Assembly: GCA_030704615.1 (NCBI GenBank)
Contig: CM060732.1
Location: 72,044,001-72,108,000 of the forward strand
Length of the DNA stretch: 64,000 bases
Source: Takakia lepidozioides
Taxonomy: Eukaryota > Plantae > Bryophyta
Direction of reading: 5' to 3'
In this document: positions 34,765 to 47,753 of the stretch, piece by piece
Layout: each line of letters begins with the position of its first letter
How positions within the stretch are numbered: the first letter of the stretch is position 1
Translations under genes and position numbers: made by a program
Notes under the pieces: generated by a model
What the model was told of the DNA's origin: nothing
What the model saw: the letters and a program-made list of their open reading frames with translations, nothing else
The model's database searches: none

Positions 34765-36949
34765 GATGCCCGACACCCTTGCAGGAACAGTACACATCCG
34801 CAGACCACACGCGTCCTGCAGAAACAGTACACAACAGCAAACTACACGCGCAAGTGCAGCATACACGCGCGCAAAGAGGATCAAATCTGCAAGTAGCCGG
34901 AAACCCTAAATTTCAATACATCCACTCTGTTCATCTCACAGACCAAAATGGCGGGGGACGTGCATGGCCGTTGGATGGGGGAGGACGACATAGATGAATA
35001 GAATGATAGCCACGTGCAAACAGCCCTGACATTTGACACGTGGAAGGGGGATCGCTCCCGGGGGGGGGGGGGGGGGGGGGGGGAGGGATGGGGGATCACT
35101 CCAGGTGGTGTGGGGGATCAACGGAGAGGGGACCGCCATGGGGGGGGGAACGATCACATGTTCCGCCGTTGACGCGCGGGGGGAGGGGGGGGTGTCAAGG
35201 GTGGGAAGACACGTGGCATGGCGGCAGCGGGGGATCAACCAGAGGCGGGGGGAGCGGTGGCTCGGGGATCGGGTCTTGGATGGGACGAGGGGATCGATGG
35301 CTATGGAGACCGCCACGTGGTGGTAGAAGACGAGAGGGGGATCAATTCCCGGTTTGGACGGGGGATCAACTGAGGCGGGGGGTCGCGGCCCGTGGGATCG
35401 CCACGACGGGGGATCAAACGAGGGGGGACCGGCGATGGCCCGGGGGGTCGCGCCTCCGATAGGATCGATGGTTCGGGGTAGCGCCACGTGGCTGGAGATG
35501 GGGGTGGGGGATCACTCCGGCACTGGAAGGGGGATCAACCCACTGAGGGGATCCAAGGGGGGGCCGCCACGTGACTGGAGATCGGGCGGTGCTGTGGGGC
35601 GCCGCGTGGCCAGCGGTCAGGGGTCCCGGGCGGGCGGGCACGGAGGGTCAGGGGGCGCGGGGAGGGGCGGGGCAAGGGGCGGAGGGGGGTGGGGATGATT
35701 TGACATGGGGCGTCCAGCTCGCCGACGAGGCTGCCGGAGCGGGGGTCCGGCTGTACCTCGCGGACCGTACCCGTCAGCTCACACGCTTGCAATAAAATCA
35801 AGCCGCATCCATATTGGGACCGGTTGGCAGGCGGTCGGCTTTCATCCAGACATTCCTCACGCAACGACCGAGTTGTCACGCGACGAGAGGTCAGAACACT
35901 CCAACTTCATATCCCGTCTATCGCTCGTGGCCACCTTAGTACAAGTGTGTTGACGAAGCCACGTGCCAATTGACCGGTTGCGGCTGCCCGAGGTACACTC
36001 TGAGCTGCGTACACTTTGAACCTTCTCGCATCCTTTTCTTCACATTCTTCTTCTTCTTCGCAGGAGACTTTGTGAAGTTGACATGCCGTTTTGATCACGA
36101 ATTGTGCGTGAGATTGCATACGTGGCTACGGATGTATGTCGAAAGCATTCGCCACATTGCCCTGCTCACTAGGATACATGGCCCACAGCCCCGCCCGTGT
36201 GGGTGTGAGAGAATGTGATGGGGATGCTGCTTAGAGAGCTTGGTGTGTTTCCTCACCCTCCGCCCTAAGTAGGTGCACTATGCACAGCCCTGCAGCAATT
36301 AGCTGCGTCCTTTCCAGCTGTAGCGAATTTGAGGAGTGACTACCAACGTGGGTTGTGGATAATGGCGAGAGAACTGACGATGCTTGGCCCAGATGGGATG
36401 TCTTGCTAATTTATGCAAAGTGGTAAGACATGTCAGGCTTCAGCCCACCGGCATGCTTCTTCTCCTCTCTCTTTCCTTGCGAGATACTCCGAGTTCTGGA
36501 GCTGTGGAAGAGCCAGTTGACTGATGTGCTTATCTGTGCAACTCATAATTCTTCGATCTCCACAGCTACCCTCTCATTCTTCTGAAGCGGCATTCCATGG
36601 GCGTAAGCGATTCCTGACTGCTCGTATTTACTACTCTCTCTATCTCTCCTTCATATCTGTGTTCGGTTTCTGTTGGTGTGAGATTGTGCAACGATATCCG
36701 ACTGGAGAACACCTACTCTCGACAGTCTTCCAGATCCAAACCTAGCATGTTACTCCCTTACAACAGCACTGACTAGGAGAGTCGGAGGTCGTCCATGGAG
36801 GACCTCTTCGTCACGATGGGCCTCACTCTAGAGCCATCTGAGCATCTGAGCACCCGCCTACTCCAGCAATTACGAACGGGTTGTCACTTTCCCTTCATAG
36901 ATAAGACCGAAACTCAAAGATACAGATAGACCAGGGTTTTGGATTTTAA

Positions 36950-37521
36950 CTTCAAGCGCTTGCGAGTATGAAATTGGAAACCTAATCAAGTGAGAGTGTT
37001 TTGTTTCTGAGCGACATGGGGTAGTCTGGGCAGTATAGGATGCTGGTTTGGTGAGTATTGGCAGTAAGATACATCTTAACGATTGGGCAAGATAAGAAAC
37101 ACTGAGAAGCTAGGTGGGCAACAGGGTCCTTACAGTTTCCACCGGTGATAAAAATATAAACAGATCTGAAAATAGAAATTCACCTTAGAAATCATTGTTA
37201 TTCCTGGTCATGGAAATTGACGGCCATAGGTAGAATTCTATTGGCTCTTTTCCAAAGAAATGCACTGATTTTTGCAAAGCGATGCTTGGCCCAGATGTCT
37301 TTCCATATTCCATTCCAGCCCTAGATCTGCAAGTCAAGGTTCCACTTTTTCCAGTTGGAATAGAAATCTGCCACTAGACGCCAAATTCTAGAAGGAAGGT
37401 AGCAGATGAACAGACAATGTTCTGTGGTTTCGCTCACACCACAGTTGCATGCCAAGCACTCAGATTGATCGGAGGCGGAAGTGCGAGGAGCAATTACTGG
37501 AGGCACTTTCAAGCACATCAT
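36950..37521 (-). mobile_element. L1-like LINE 3' fragment (zf-RVT region)
   Basis: CLACNCGVSETTEHCLFICYLPSRIW; lies in a segment absent from the paralogous promoter (~52820-52860). Confidence 0.65.
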
Positions 37522-37795
37522 AGCTCTCGCAAGTGAAGGTTGCCGAGCGGACCACAGATACAGTCCGAACTAGACACCGAACAGCCCTGAGTGCAGAAGC
37601 AGTGGGCAGAGAGGATTACAGTTGCTGACGTATTCTGACATCCTGTTTCAAAATTCTTCCAATAGTCATCATGCCTGCAGAACGACGAGAGTAAACTATG
37701 ATATATTGAGAGAGAGAGAAAAAAAAAAAAAATTCTATCCGAGGGTTTATTCGTGTAGGACAGGGGTACACTAACATCAGTTCAGGCCTACAAAA

Positions 37796-40700
37796 ATGAA
37801 TTGGGTTTGCAAAACTGAACATCCTGAGGCGCACAAGATGAAGAAGAACGTAGACTTCACCGAGGTACCGGAGATTGCAATGCGCACCTCCAAGGCGCCC
37901 CGGCAGCGTGCAGAAATGAGTGTGGACATCCCTCCAACTCAGGGCTTCGGCAAAACGGACTCTTTGGAGAACTCCAAAAACAAAAGCGACCATTTCAGCG
38001 AGGACCTGACCAGCGACGACCTCTCCTACGCCAGGTACAATGGAAAATCCGAGGTCGTCACCAAGCGCCATTCAAAGCCAGCAAGTGCTCCCGAGCAACT
38101 CTTGACACTCTTTGCATTTCGTCTGGCCATCATGGAGAAGGCTGCCAGCGGCGCGGGCAAACTGGCCTTTGTTTGGGCCACAGTGGTGCTGCTCGGAGGT
38201 TTCTCCACCATCATCAGGGCGTTAGACTTCTGGTTCGTCACAATTCTGCTCATCACTGAGGGCACTCGCATCTTCGGCCGCAGCCACGAGCTGGAGTGGC
38301 AGCACGCCTCGCCGAGCTTCGACTGGACCTTGCGCAGCATCCGCAGGGCGGGGTCCGCGGTGGTGCACGCGGGCACGGAGGTGGTCCACAAAAGCGGGCA
38401 CTTGGTGAAAACGGGCATCTCGGATCTCGTCCACCGGACCGGCTCCGGATCTCGTCGATCTCCGGTCCCTCCGGACGAGGCGACGTCGAACCCCGCGACG
38501 CCGTTCCCCCCGACGTCGACGCCGTCGGTCGTGGAGTCGCCCCCGCCGCCGAAGAGCGACAGCGACAGCGGTTCCAAGAGCATGAAGCGCGCTCGAGCGG
38601 CGTCGGTGCAAGCGCCCGTCCGACGGACGTGGTCGGCGTCCGTCCTGCCGCTGCTGCCGTGGGTTCCCTTCCTGTCCGCCAAGGGCGTGAGCCAGTTGCT
38701 GTACGTCATGCAACTGCTCTCCGCCAGCGTTTCCGTTGGCATTTCCCTGTACCGTCTCAGTACACAGGGATTTACCACGGGCCCCGGTCAGGAAAATGTT
38801 GTCTATAGTCTGAATGCGTTCTATGCTCTGGCTTTGCTTGAGGCTCTCATCTTCCTGATAGAGAGGGCCTACTGGGAGGTGAAGATCAATCACAGAAACC
38901 TACTGCAAAGAGTGAAAGAGCGGGCGGAGCTGGAGGACGATGACGTGGAGATTCTGCAGTCGTTCTTCTACGAGGTAATCTGAGCCTGCTTATCTTGTAC
39001 TCAGTTTTGTTGGGGAAACACAAATAATCGGTGAGTGCTTATACTCTATCGAACAGCTCAACTTTTACTAGAGGTCAGATCTTCTGTAAAGACTGCACAC
39101 TGCCATATTTGGAGTCTTCCAAAAAGGCGTACTGATTTGTATGCCTAATTGGTCCTCAGTTCATCGCTCATTGTGGCATATTTGACAATTTGATCTCTCA
39201 CCACTATCTGGTCGCCTTATGTCTCAATATCGGATATTCTCAGAAGAGCAGTAATCGCGACTTACTTACTTGCGATCGATACAAATCATTGAAATTCGAG
39301 CTACACAGTTTGCTTGTCCAACTATGAAGTAAATGTTAGACTGTACCTGCTACTTTCCAATATATGTGCGAACCTGATCAGTGCTTGTCAGACCGCCAGT
39401 CTCAACTGCCGCTTTGGTACCCTTATAATGTTCTGTTCAGTTAATCCACGTTCTGGTCTCTTTATGACCTTTCTCTGTTGGCAAGAAAACAATGTGTTAT
39501 TTATCCTCTTTCATGTTTCGTCTTTATTGGGGTTGCCGGTTTCATCAGGTCTACGCCAAGAGTTTGAATGGGAGTGTGTTTGATGGGCTGGATATGGACC
39601 TTGTGACCTACGGCATGGGCTTGTTGCAAGCGGAGGACGCCAACAAAGTAATGGGTGGTGCAAAGGTGCTGAGAGCATTTGCAGATCGTCTCGATTCTTT
39701 TGGCATGGACACTTTACGCCGCATTGGCAGTACTCTAGGTGATACAAGTTAACGGGCTCTGGGTGCGGTGGGTGAAGAGCGAGAGTGTGTGTGTGTGGGG
39801 GGGAAGGGGGGGGGGTGGGCGCGAGAGAACTGAATTGTGGGATTGTTGGCCAGTTAGCTACAGTTAAGAAAACAGTGGCAGCCAAGAACATTGTCATATC
39901 TGAAAGGCTCTGCGTCTACTCAAACCTCAAACAACCAATGTTACATTGAGTGGCCACCGTGCATACAGGTTCAATCTCTGTCCAGCTAGTTTCTAGCTGG
40001 ACTGGTCACAGAAACTTAGAATTTAGAGCTGCTGAACATGAATTCCTCGCTCTCCCTCTCTGAGGCTCTCGGACGTTTTAATCTTTCTCTCTCTCTCTCT
40101 AGGCTACGGCTAAGTTAATTGACTCTATATCTTGGAAACAGGACCGCCCTGTCAAACAGGCTAAGTCCTGGCAGAAGAGAGTAGAAGAGAAATTCTCAAG
40201 GATCTCAATCTGGACTTGCCAGTGCTCCTGACTTAGAGGCTGTAGTGTCCAAAGCCATGTCTGTTGCCATGAAATTGTCTGATGAAAATGAAGTTAGGCA
40301 GAAAACTTCCCTGAACTTGTTTCCAGTCTGTGACATGGGGGAGGACATCATGGATGACCTCAAGGGGCTCGGCACTAGCCTGAAATTTAAACTCAGGTCA
40401 GGAAGCCTACCTTTGAACAGCAAACAGAAGCAGAGAGGAAAGGGAGAGTGCAATTGCCCGTTGTGTGGGCAACCCAAAGACAATATTCATTTCCTGATTC
40501 ATTGTCCGGGGTTCTCACCGGAGAGACACTCTCCTCAAATCTATCAAGGGAGTTGTGCCTGCTCCTCTGTTTACCAACTTTGAAAGTCTCGAGGCTGAGC
40601 CAAAAGCCCAGGCCCTTCTGGGGCCTAGTTACTGGGCCAGCCACACACAGCAGATTGATGCATGTGTGAAGGGATTTCTAGAGGATATCTGGAAAACCCG

Positions 40701-43700
40701 GATCAATGTCTTACACCAAGGTAAGTCTTACTACCAACATCAGCCCCTGACAGAGGTAGGTTCTGTCCCTTTGTGTTCTGCTCAAACTGAGCGCGGGGTC
40801 AATGGCCACAAGGCTACGGCAAACAACGTCTTATGAGTACATTCTCTCTCTCTCTGTCTCTCAGACTGAATTCTCTAGACTGAAATTTAAACTCAGGATG
40901 GGAAGCCTACCTTTGAACAGCAAACAGAAGAGAGAGGAAAGGGAGAGTGCAATTGCCCGTTGTGTGGGCAACCTGAAGACAATATTCATTTTCTGATTCA
41001 CTGTCCGGGGTTCTCTCACCAGAGAGATGCTCTCCTCAAACCTATCAAGGGATTGTGCCTGTACCTCTGTTTACCAACTTTGAAAGTCTTGAGGCTGAGC
41101 CAAAAGCTCAGGCCCTTTTGGGGCCTAGTTGTTGGCAAACCACACACAGCAGATTGATGCTTGTGTGAAGGGATTTCTAGAAGATATCTGGAAAACCCGG
41201 ATCAATTGTTTATTTCAAGGTAAGTCTTACTACCGACGACAGCCCCTGACAGAGGTAGGTTCTGTCCCTTTGTGTTCCGCTCAAACTGGGCACGGGATCA
41301 ATGGCCACTAGGCTAAGGCAAACAGCGTCTTATGAGTACATTCTATCTCTCTCTCTGGGGAACGTTCCATTGTGGACTATATCATAATGGACAAAATTTT
41401 GTTCCCCCAGTGTGCCAATGTGTTGATCGACAGAACTGATATTGGTACCTCTGACCACTTCCTGGTTTGGACTGAGATCAAAAGGTGTTTTCCCACCACC
41501 AAGAGATCTGTGAAACGTTCGATTCGGAAGTGGCGCATAGAAAATTCCACAATGAGGAGGTCAAGGCTGAGTACGTCCAGGCCTTGCAAGAGGCTCTTCC
41601 TCATTTTGTCCAATCACTCCAAGAATCTAAGTCACGCTCTGTTAACGCAAGAAATGAAGTCGAAAGAGCAGTGGACTCTTGGGAGAGTTTCGTTTCCTCC
41701 GTGGCTGACAAGATCATTGGGAGGAAACTAATTGTCTGCGGTAGAGCAGTTAATTGGTGGACTAATGAGATTAAACTCAAGATAGCTGAGAGACGAGCCC
41801 TCTATAAAGAGTGCTGCAATTTGGAAACCAACAGAGAATTGTGGGCGAGGTACTACCAGCTCCGTAAAGATATCAATCAGCTTGTTAGGTCTCGGAAGAA
41901 ATTATACTGGGACAAGTTATACAGTGAAATAAACTCAAACCACCATGGTGGTAATGACAAGAAATTCTGGTTGGCCCTTCAACGTTTGTACAAGCCAAAA
42001 AACGGTCAGCAAGTACAAGCGCTGAAGACTACTAAAGGTGCAGTGGTGACTTCATCGGTTGACATTGTCAAAACCTTTGAAACTCACTACGGTATCCTTG
42101 GCAGAACTTCTAGGTCTAACAGTGAGGGGTCTTCTGCTGAATGGAGGGACACAGTTGGAAAAACTGTTCCTATGATTCAAAACAGCCCTGATGAACTGGA
42201 GTATATTTCAATGGCTTATAATGCTCCCATTAGTTCTTCTGAGATTGTGGAAGCAATTGAACATTTAAATGGATATAAAGCTGGTGGACCTGATGGTATT
42301 GTCAACGAGCTATCAAGCACGGTGGCGATCCCATGATAGAGGCCCTAGTTCTCCTTTTCAACCTTATCTGGAAGACTGAAATGATCCCCTTTCGCTGGCG
42401 ACAGGGGGTCATTGTCAATCTATACAAGAAGGGTGACAGAGAAGAACCGGGGAACTACCGTGGCATCACGCTCCTCAATGCTGTTGGCAAGACATTCTGC
42501 AGAGTTATAAGTACTCGTCTCGAGGTTGATCTGGAGTCTAGAGGTTGTTTCCACGAAGGCCAAGCTGGCTTTCGGCGAAACAGGGGCTGTGTGGATCATA
42601 TCTTCACTCTAAGCCAGATTATCCAGGGAAGGAAAAAAGAAGGGAAACCCACTTATGTCTTTTTTCTGGATGTCAAAAAGGCTTCTGACACAGTGTGGAG
42701 AGATGGCCTATGGTTCCGCCTCTGGTCTTGTGGGATCAAGGGAAAGATGTGGAGAGTTGTCCACAACTTGTATGCTCACACCAAAAGCTGTGTCACTGTT
42801 AACGGACAGAAGTCCAACTTCTTTGACATAGACCAAGGTGTAGCTCAAGGTTGTACTCTCTCCCCTCTGCTCTTCAATGTTTTCATCAATCAACTCCTCG
42901 AGGATGTGGAAAGTGAGGGATTTGGGTTAAGGGTGGGTGATACCACCATACCAGCCCTTATGTTTGCGGATGACTTCGCAGGCATAGGGGAGACTCCAAC
43001 CAATCTCCAGGAGTTGATTGATTGCGCGAAGAGATACTTTGATCTTTGGGGGCTAGAGGCTAATGTCAGCAAATGTGCAGTGGTAGCATTCAACGACAGA
43101 GGAGAGGGAGGAAGTGATCTTAAGTGGCAGTGGGGTAGTCAAGAGATCCCGGTCCTCCCTTCCTACACTTACCTGGGCGTTGAGTTCTCCTCCAATTGTA
43201 ATTGGGATGCACATATCCAGAAAGTTGTTCAAACTGGCAAGGGCAAAGCTCTGGGGCTCACTAAATTTTTCCACTGCAGAGGGGTCAACTCTGAGGTTAA
43301 GAAAACCATGCTTTGTCGCGTTATTAGACCTGCCTTGGAGTACGGATCTGCTATATGGGTTGATAACTCCAACCAGGCTAAGTCTCTAGAATCCATTCAA
43401 GTGGGGGTGCTTAAGGAGTGTATGTCAGCATGCTCCAAAACAGCCAATGTGGCTGTTCGGGGTGAGTTTGGCATTCCGTCCTTAAGCTCCCGACGATATG
43501 AATTCAAGGTCAGATGGTGGGGTCAGCTGCAACATATGCCCAACACCAGATATCCTAAGTTAATCGACTCTATATCTTGGAAACAGGACCGCCCTGTCAA
43601 ACAGGCTAAGTCCTGGCAGAAGAGAGTAGAAGAGATCCTCAAGGACCTGGACCTGGATCCGCAAGTCTTGACCCTGCTGGATAAATCTGACTTAGAGGCT

Positions 43701-46618
43701 GTAGTGTCCTCAGCCATGTCTGTTGCCATGAGATTGTCTGATGAAAATGAAGTTAGGCAGAAAACTTCCCTGAACTTGTTTCCAGTCTGTGACATGGGGG
43801 AGGACATCTTGGATGACCTCAAGGGTCTACCCACTCTCCGCACTAGACTGAAATTTAAACTCAGGGCAGGAAGCCTACCTTTGAACAGCAAACAGAAGCA
43901 GAGAGGAAGGGAGAGTGCAATTGCCCGTTGTGTGACAGTATTCATTTTCTGATACACTGTCCGGGGTTCTCTCACCAAAGAGACGCTCTCTTCAAATCTA
44001 TTAAGGGTATTGTGCCTGTACCCCTGTTTACCAACTTTGAAAGTCTCGAGGCTGAGCCAAAAGCCCAGGCCCTCCTGAGGCCTAGTTTTGGGCAAATCAC
44101 ACACAGCAGATTGATGCTTGTGTGAAGGGATTTCTAGAGGATATCTGGAAAACCCGGATTAATTCTATATATGGAGGTAAGTCTTACTACCAACGTCAGC
44201 CCCTGACAGAGGTAGGTTCTGTCCCTTTTGTTCCCACTCAAACTGGGCGCGGGGTCAATGGCCACAAGGCTACGGCAAACAACGTCTTATGAGTACAATC
44301 TATCTCTCTCTCAATAACTTTTGCAGGTGATGAACATTGGATTTCAGAAATCTCCTTACTTCCAGAGATAGTCGTGTGCTCTCAAGCTCTTCTTCCAAAG
44401 AGAAGCTCGTTCCTACAGATACTTAGCTCAATCTTCTCAAGATGATTTTGTGAAAATGTGGCAGGTGTGGTTGACCGATTGGTGGAAATGCTAGCGTGGC
44501 ACCAGAAGCATGAGATAAAAGTCAGGCTTTTTGCTGCCTGCATTGTGAATTGTTTGTCGGACTTCAGACGCAATTGTTCCCGAATCATGGCCGTGGCAGG
44601 GTCTTTGGAGAACATCGCTTCTCTTTTTCACTTTGAAGATGACGGTGGAGACTTCCGACTTGTGATCACCCAGCAACACGGTCACACTCCTGTTCCACCT
44701 CCTTACAAACTGTGTCGTCTCTGTCCCCCTTCCCCACCCTTCTCTTTCTTGCTTTCCTCCTGTGGATTCCTTCCTTTCTTTCTCTTCACTCCGATGAATT
44801 AGTACAACAAAATCTGGTGTAGGTGTGCCAACGAAATTACATTCTGTTGAGTTTAGTCACTTAACTATCGAAGTGCGATTTCGAAATCGGCGCCTGTTTA
44901 TGTATCTCATAGTATTTAGGAACCACTTGTTTTTCTCTTATCATGCCGCTTGTAGACATCCCTGTTTACATCAACGTCCCTCCGAAGAGATGAGAGTCGG
45001 ATTACAATGTTGGTGGGGTGGAGCAGTTAAATATCTATAGCTTCTACGTAACTGAACTAGTTTCCATATCATGCAGGCAGGATTATCACAGCGGAGGCCA
45101 TAGAGCTCCGAACACACGGATTGGAAATACTGAAGAATCTAGCCAAGGACCACACTAACTGTCTTAAGATAGGGGAGACCCGGGGCTTGCTGGCGACCCT
45201 GGTAGAGTTCATCGATGTGCGGGACCGTCAATTCCCAATCGATAGGGAGGATCCGGAGCGACGAGCCACCAAGAGGTCGCTGCAGGTGCTGAGCCTGCTG
45301 GCACACACTGGCGGCGCGTCCGGCAAACGGCTTCGGCCCGCCATCGCCAACGTGGTGTCCGCCATCCCGCACCTCCGCGACATTTTGGTGTACCGTCGTG
45401 ACCTGCCCGACCTGCCCCGCCTCGCCGTCGACGTCCTCACCAGCCTCGCCCTCGACTCCGACGCCCGCGAAATCATCGGCAGCACCGGCGGCGTCATCTC
45501 CAACCTTTTCTTACTCTTCGCCCGCAACCCGCTCTCTGGCGACCGCGCGGTCGCCACGCCACCCCTGCCCACGCCCGCCGTCGATAAATCGGAAGACGCA
45601 ATCACCACGGTTAGCAAACTCCTCGCTAAACTGTCACTAAACTGTCACTAATCTCTCATTAGTACCTCATCTTTGGCTTGGTGACTACATCCACAAGTTT
45701 GTTAATTAACGTTAATTATCCATGCAAATTTGACAATATGTTGGGCAGGAAGAAAAAGAGGCACAAGAGGTGGCAAGGAAGGCGGGCGAAGCTCTCACTC
45801 GGCTCATGCTTCGCAATCAGAAAAACTGTGGTCGCCTCCAAAGAGTGAAATTGGGTGGACCGCACAAGCCGCTATGCGTTCTTCTTAAGCTTTGGAAAAC
45901 TGATCAAGGAGAGCTCGGAATATGCGCTGCTCAAATACTAAGGAGTATTTGTGCTTATTCTGGGGACGATGCAAACAAGAGGGTGGAGATTTTGGAGGCA
46001 AGCGAATGGTTGCTTAAGAGGTACAAATATCTTCCATACATTTTTTGACAATTTGAAAGCCTTAACATTCAAACTACACTAGTAAAATGAAAGTAGCTCA
46101 TTATTGAAAAATTATAAGCTGGCTATGTGAAATGCATCAATATTTATGCACATCATCCAAAAGAAATGTTATTTGTAGTAACTTTATGGATCCAATATAG
46201 GGTTTTGACAACAAGAAATCGGGAGCAAGAAGCTGCTCTTGGAGTGGCGGCCAAAGCCATACTTTTGGTGAAGACAGAAGAAATGCAATCAAGATGGAAC
46301 ATAGACATGAATTTTCGGGTTGAGATCGTGAAGAAGCTTGTAAACTTATTGAAACATGTACCCACTAGCACCAAGTTACCACGTATCCGGCGTTATACTA
46401 TTGAGTTGATTGAGGCACTCATGACCATTGATGAGGAATTCCGTGTGCTCTTCATCAATGAGCATTTAGGTGTTTGGCTTGATGAGGTCTTAGATACTAT
46501 CTCGGATGTGGAAAATTATTGTCTGTTTTTGGGCGGTGCTGGCCTTATTCGTCATGCCGAAGATATGGAATCTCTTGTGCAAAAAGCTTTAGATAGTCTT
46601 AACAATGTCCAACAGTAA
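37796..46618 (+). CDS. Transmembrane + ARM-repeat protein (BLE2/AT5G18980-like), paralog A; exons 37796-38974, 39549-39738, 44465-44680, 45077-45609, 45749-46020, 46201-46618
   Basis: APEQLLTLFAFRLAIMEKAASGAGKLAFVWATVVLLGGF...EGTRIFGRSHELEWQH; NGSVFDGLDMDLV; DRLVEMLAW; ILKNLAKDHTNCLKIGETRGLL; PRIRRYTIEL. All five GT-AG introns join in phase. The start may be at 37838. Confidence 0.88.
40101..44312 (+). mobile_element. Head-to-tail array of three 5'-truncated RTEX-like LINE copies (40101-40843, 40863-41342, 41357-44300) in a (CT)n tract of intron 2
   Basis: Each unit ends GGCAAACA..GTCTTATGAGTACA followed by CT repeats. The longest unit has an APE C-terminus (VDYI...SDH) and RT (GNYRGITLL, QAGFR, QGCTLSPLLF, MFADD); the CCHC finger reads intact as CPLC...HFLIHC in unit 1. 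Confidence 0.9.
41357..44292 (+). pseudogene. LINE ORF2 (APE end, RT, zinc finger), frameshifted
   Basis: ORFs 41372-41731, 41485-42336 and 42333-43952 tile one polyprotein. Confidence 0.9.
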
Positions 46619-47271
46619 TTACATTGACCCATATTTGATCAATATTTATCATTTATGCACCGATGCGACACAATGCAAATCATATGTTTCTTTTTAATTG
46701 GATGTAATTTTTTGTTATTCACTCCGATGTGGATGATGTTATAAGGCAAATTTTAGTTATGGATGCTAGTATTCCAATTCTTAGATGAAGACGTTGTTGT
46801 GAATATTTTAAGTAATGCCTTGTTGCAACATCTCTTTGTTCCAATTAATGAGGTCTGCGTAAGTCCAAACTGCCTCGCCCAACCTCTTTTGGGAACTCAT
46901 TCTCTAGATGACCATATTTGCAAGCAATTCATGAATCAAGTCTTTGAACTCTAAGGGCTCATAAGTCTTGCAACATCATTCCGGTGTTCCATAAGTTCTT
47001 GAGCTCATATATTCAGAGAGAGTTTTTAATTTCCTACTATCACATACATACATACCATTTTAGTAGTCAATGTGGTAAAAAAGTATATAAAGCCAACAGT
47101 CGATTTCTCTAGCAAGCTGACTTATCTAATCAAGCACAAGTTTATGCTCTTGCAACAACGATCTCTAGTATGGAAATGACTTCTCCTGGAGAACAAAGTA
47201 AACATTGTACACAACACACTTCAACAACAAGCTTGCTGGTAGTAGGATCTTCAAGCTACGGCTCTGTTTGA

Positions 47272-47753
47272 CAGGGCGAAGATCTTGTGGTGGGAGTCGT
47301 GGGAAGTCTTGGGACTCATCACGGTCCAATGGGGCTGTGGTGGGTGGGTCAAGACTCACCGCGACTCATCACTGGGAATCGAGGGTCTTCGTGGTGGTTC
47401 GCCATAAAATAGCATGGTTGTTTGTGAAACCACCGCGGACAGTCACAGATATAGGGAGTAGTAACCCCGAGAACGGTGCAAGCCCGTCGACGACCAAAAA
47501 CTAGTGAGTAAGCGAGCGAGCCGGAAAACGACCAAGGAGTGGGGAGCTATTCCGGACTGCCATGTACCAAAGGGAATTTCCACTAGGCCTAAATTGGTGG
47601 AGGGTCTAGTGGGAGAGTAAAGGGGGACCGTTATGTCCCGGTAAGCAGCCGAAGCTCCAAGTTGGCCCGGCGGCCAGGTTGGGAGTTAGGCGCGCGCATC
47701 AAAGTGAGTAACTATGACTTGAAGGGGAACTTACTGAAGTGAGGTGCGCGACA
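47272..47753 (+). mobile_element. 5'-truncated solo/3' LTR of the same gypsy family
   Basis: Aligns to 4690-5177 and ends GCGCGACA with no PBS following. Confidence 0.87.

Larger units (their letters stand above)
22669..35850. mobile_element. Mutator-like DNA transposon 2 (possibly a composite of two families) with nested gypsy copies 3 and 4
   Basis: GC-rich subterminal tracts at both ends (22700-23000 and 35040-35790), a plus-strand accessory gene and a convergent minus-strand SWIM transposase. There is an imperfect inverted match between GAGTTTATGTCGCGCGTGTGGG (~22699) and CTCACACGCTTGCAATAAAATC (~35778-35799). Exact ends and TSD are not established. Confidence 0.62.

Noticed and set aside
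35840-35860. Possible TSD for MULE-2 (CAGGCCATT left vs CAGACATT right)
   Set aside because: It needs both a mismatch and an indel; too weak to fix the ends.
34936-35879. Pro/Gly/Arg-rich ORFs in GC-rich tracts (also 22537-23190)
   Set aside because: Low-complexity subterminal transposon DNA that lacks stop codons because of its composition.
38026-38893. Long antisense and alternative-frame ORFs over ARM exon 1 (also 53352-54119 and 45228-45617)
   Set aside because: Expected shadows of GC-rich coding sequence, with no independent motifs.
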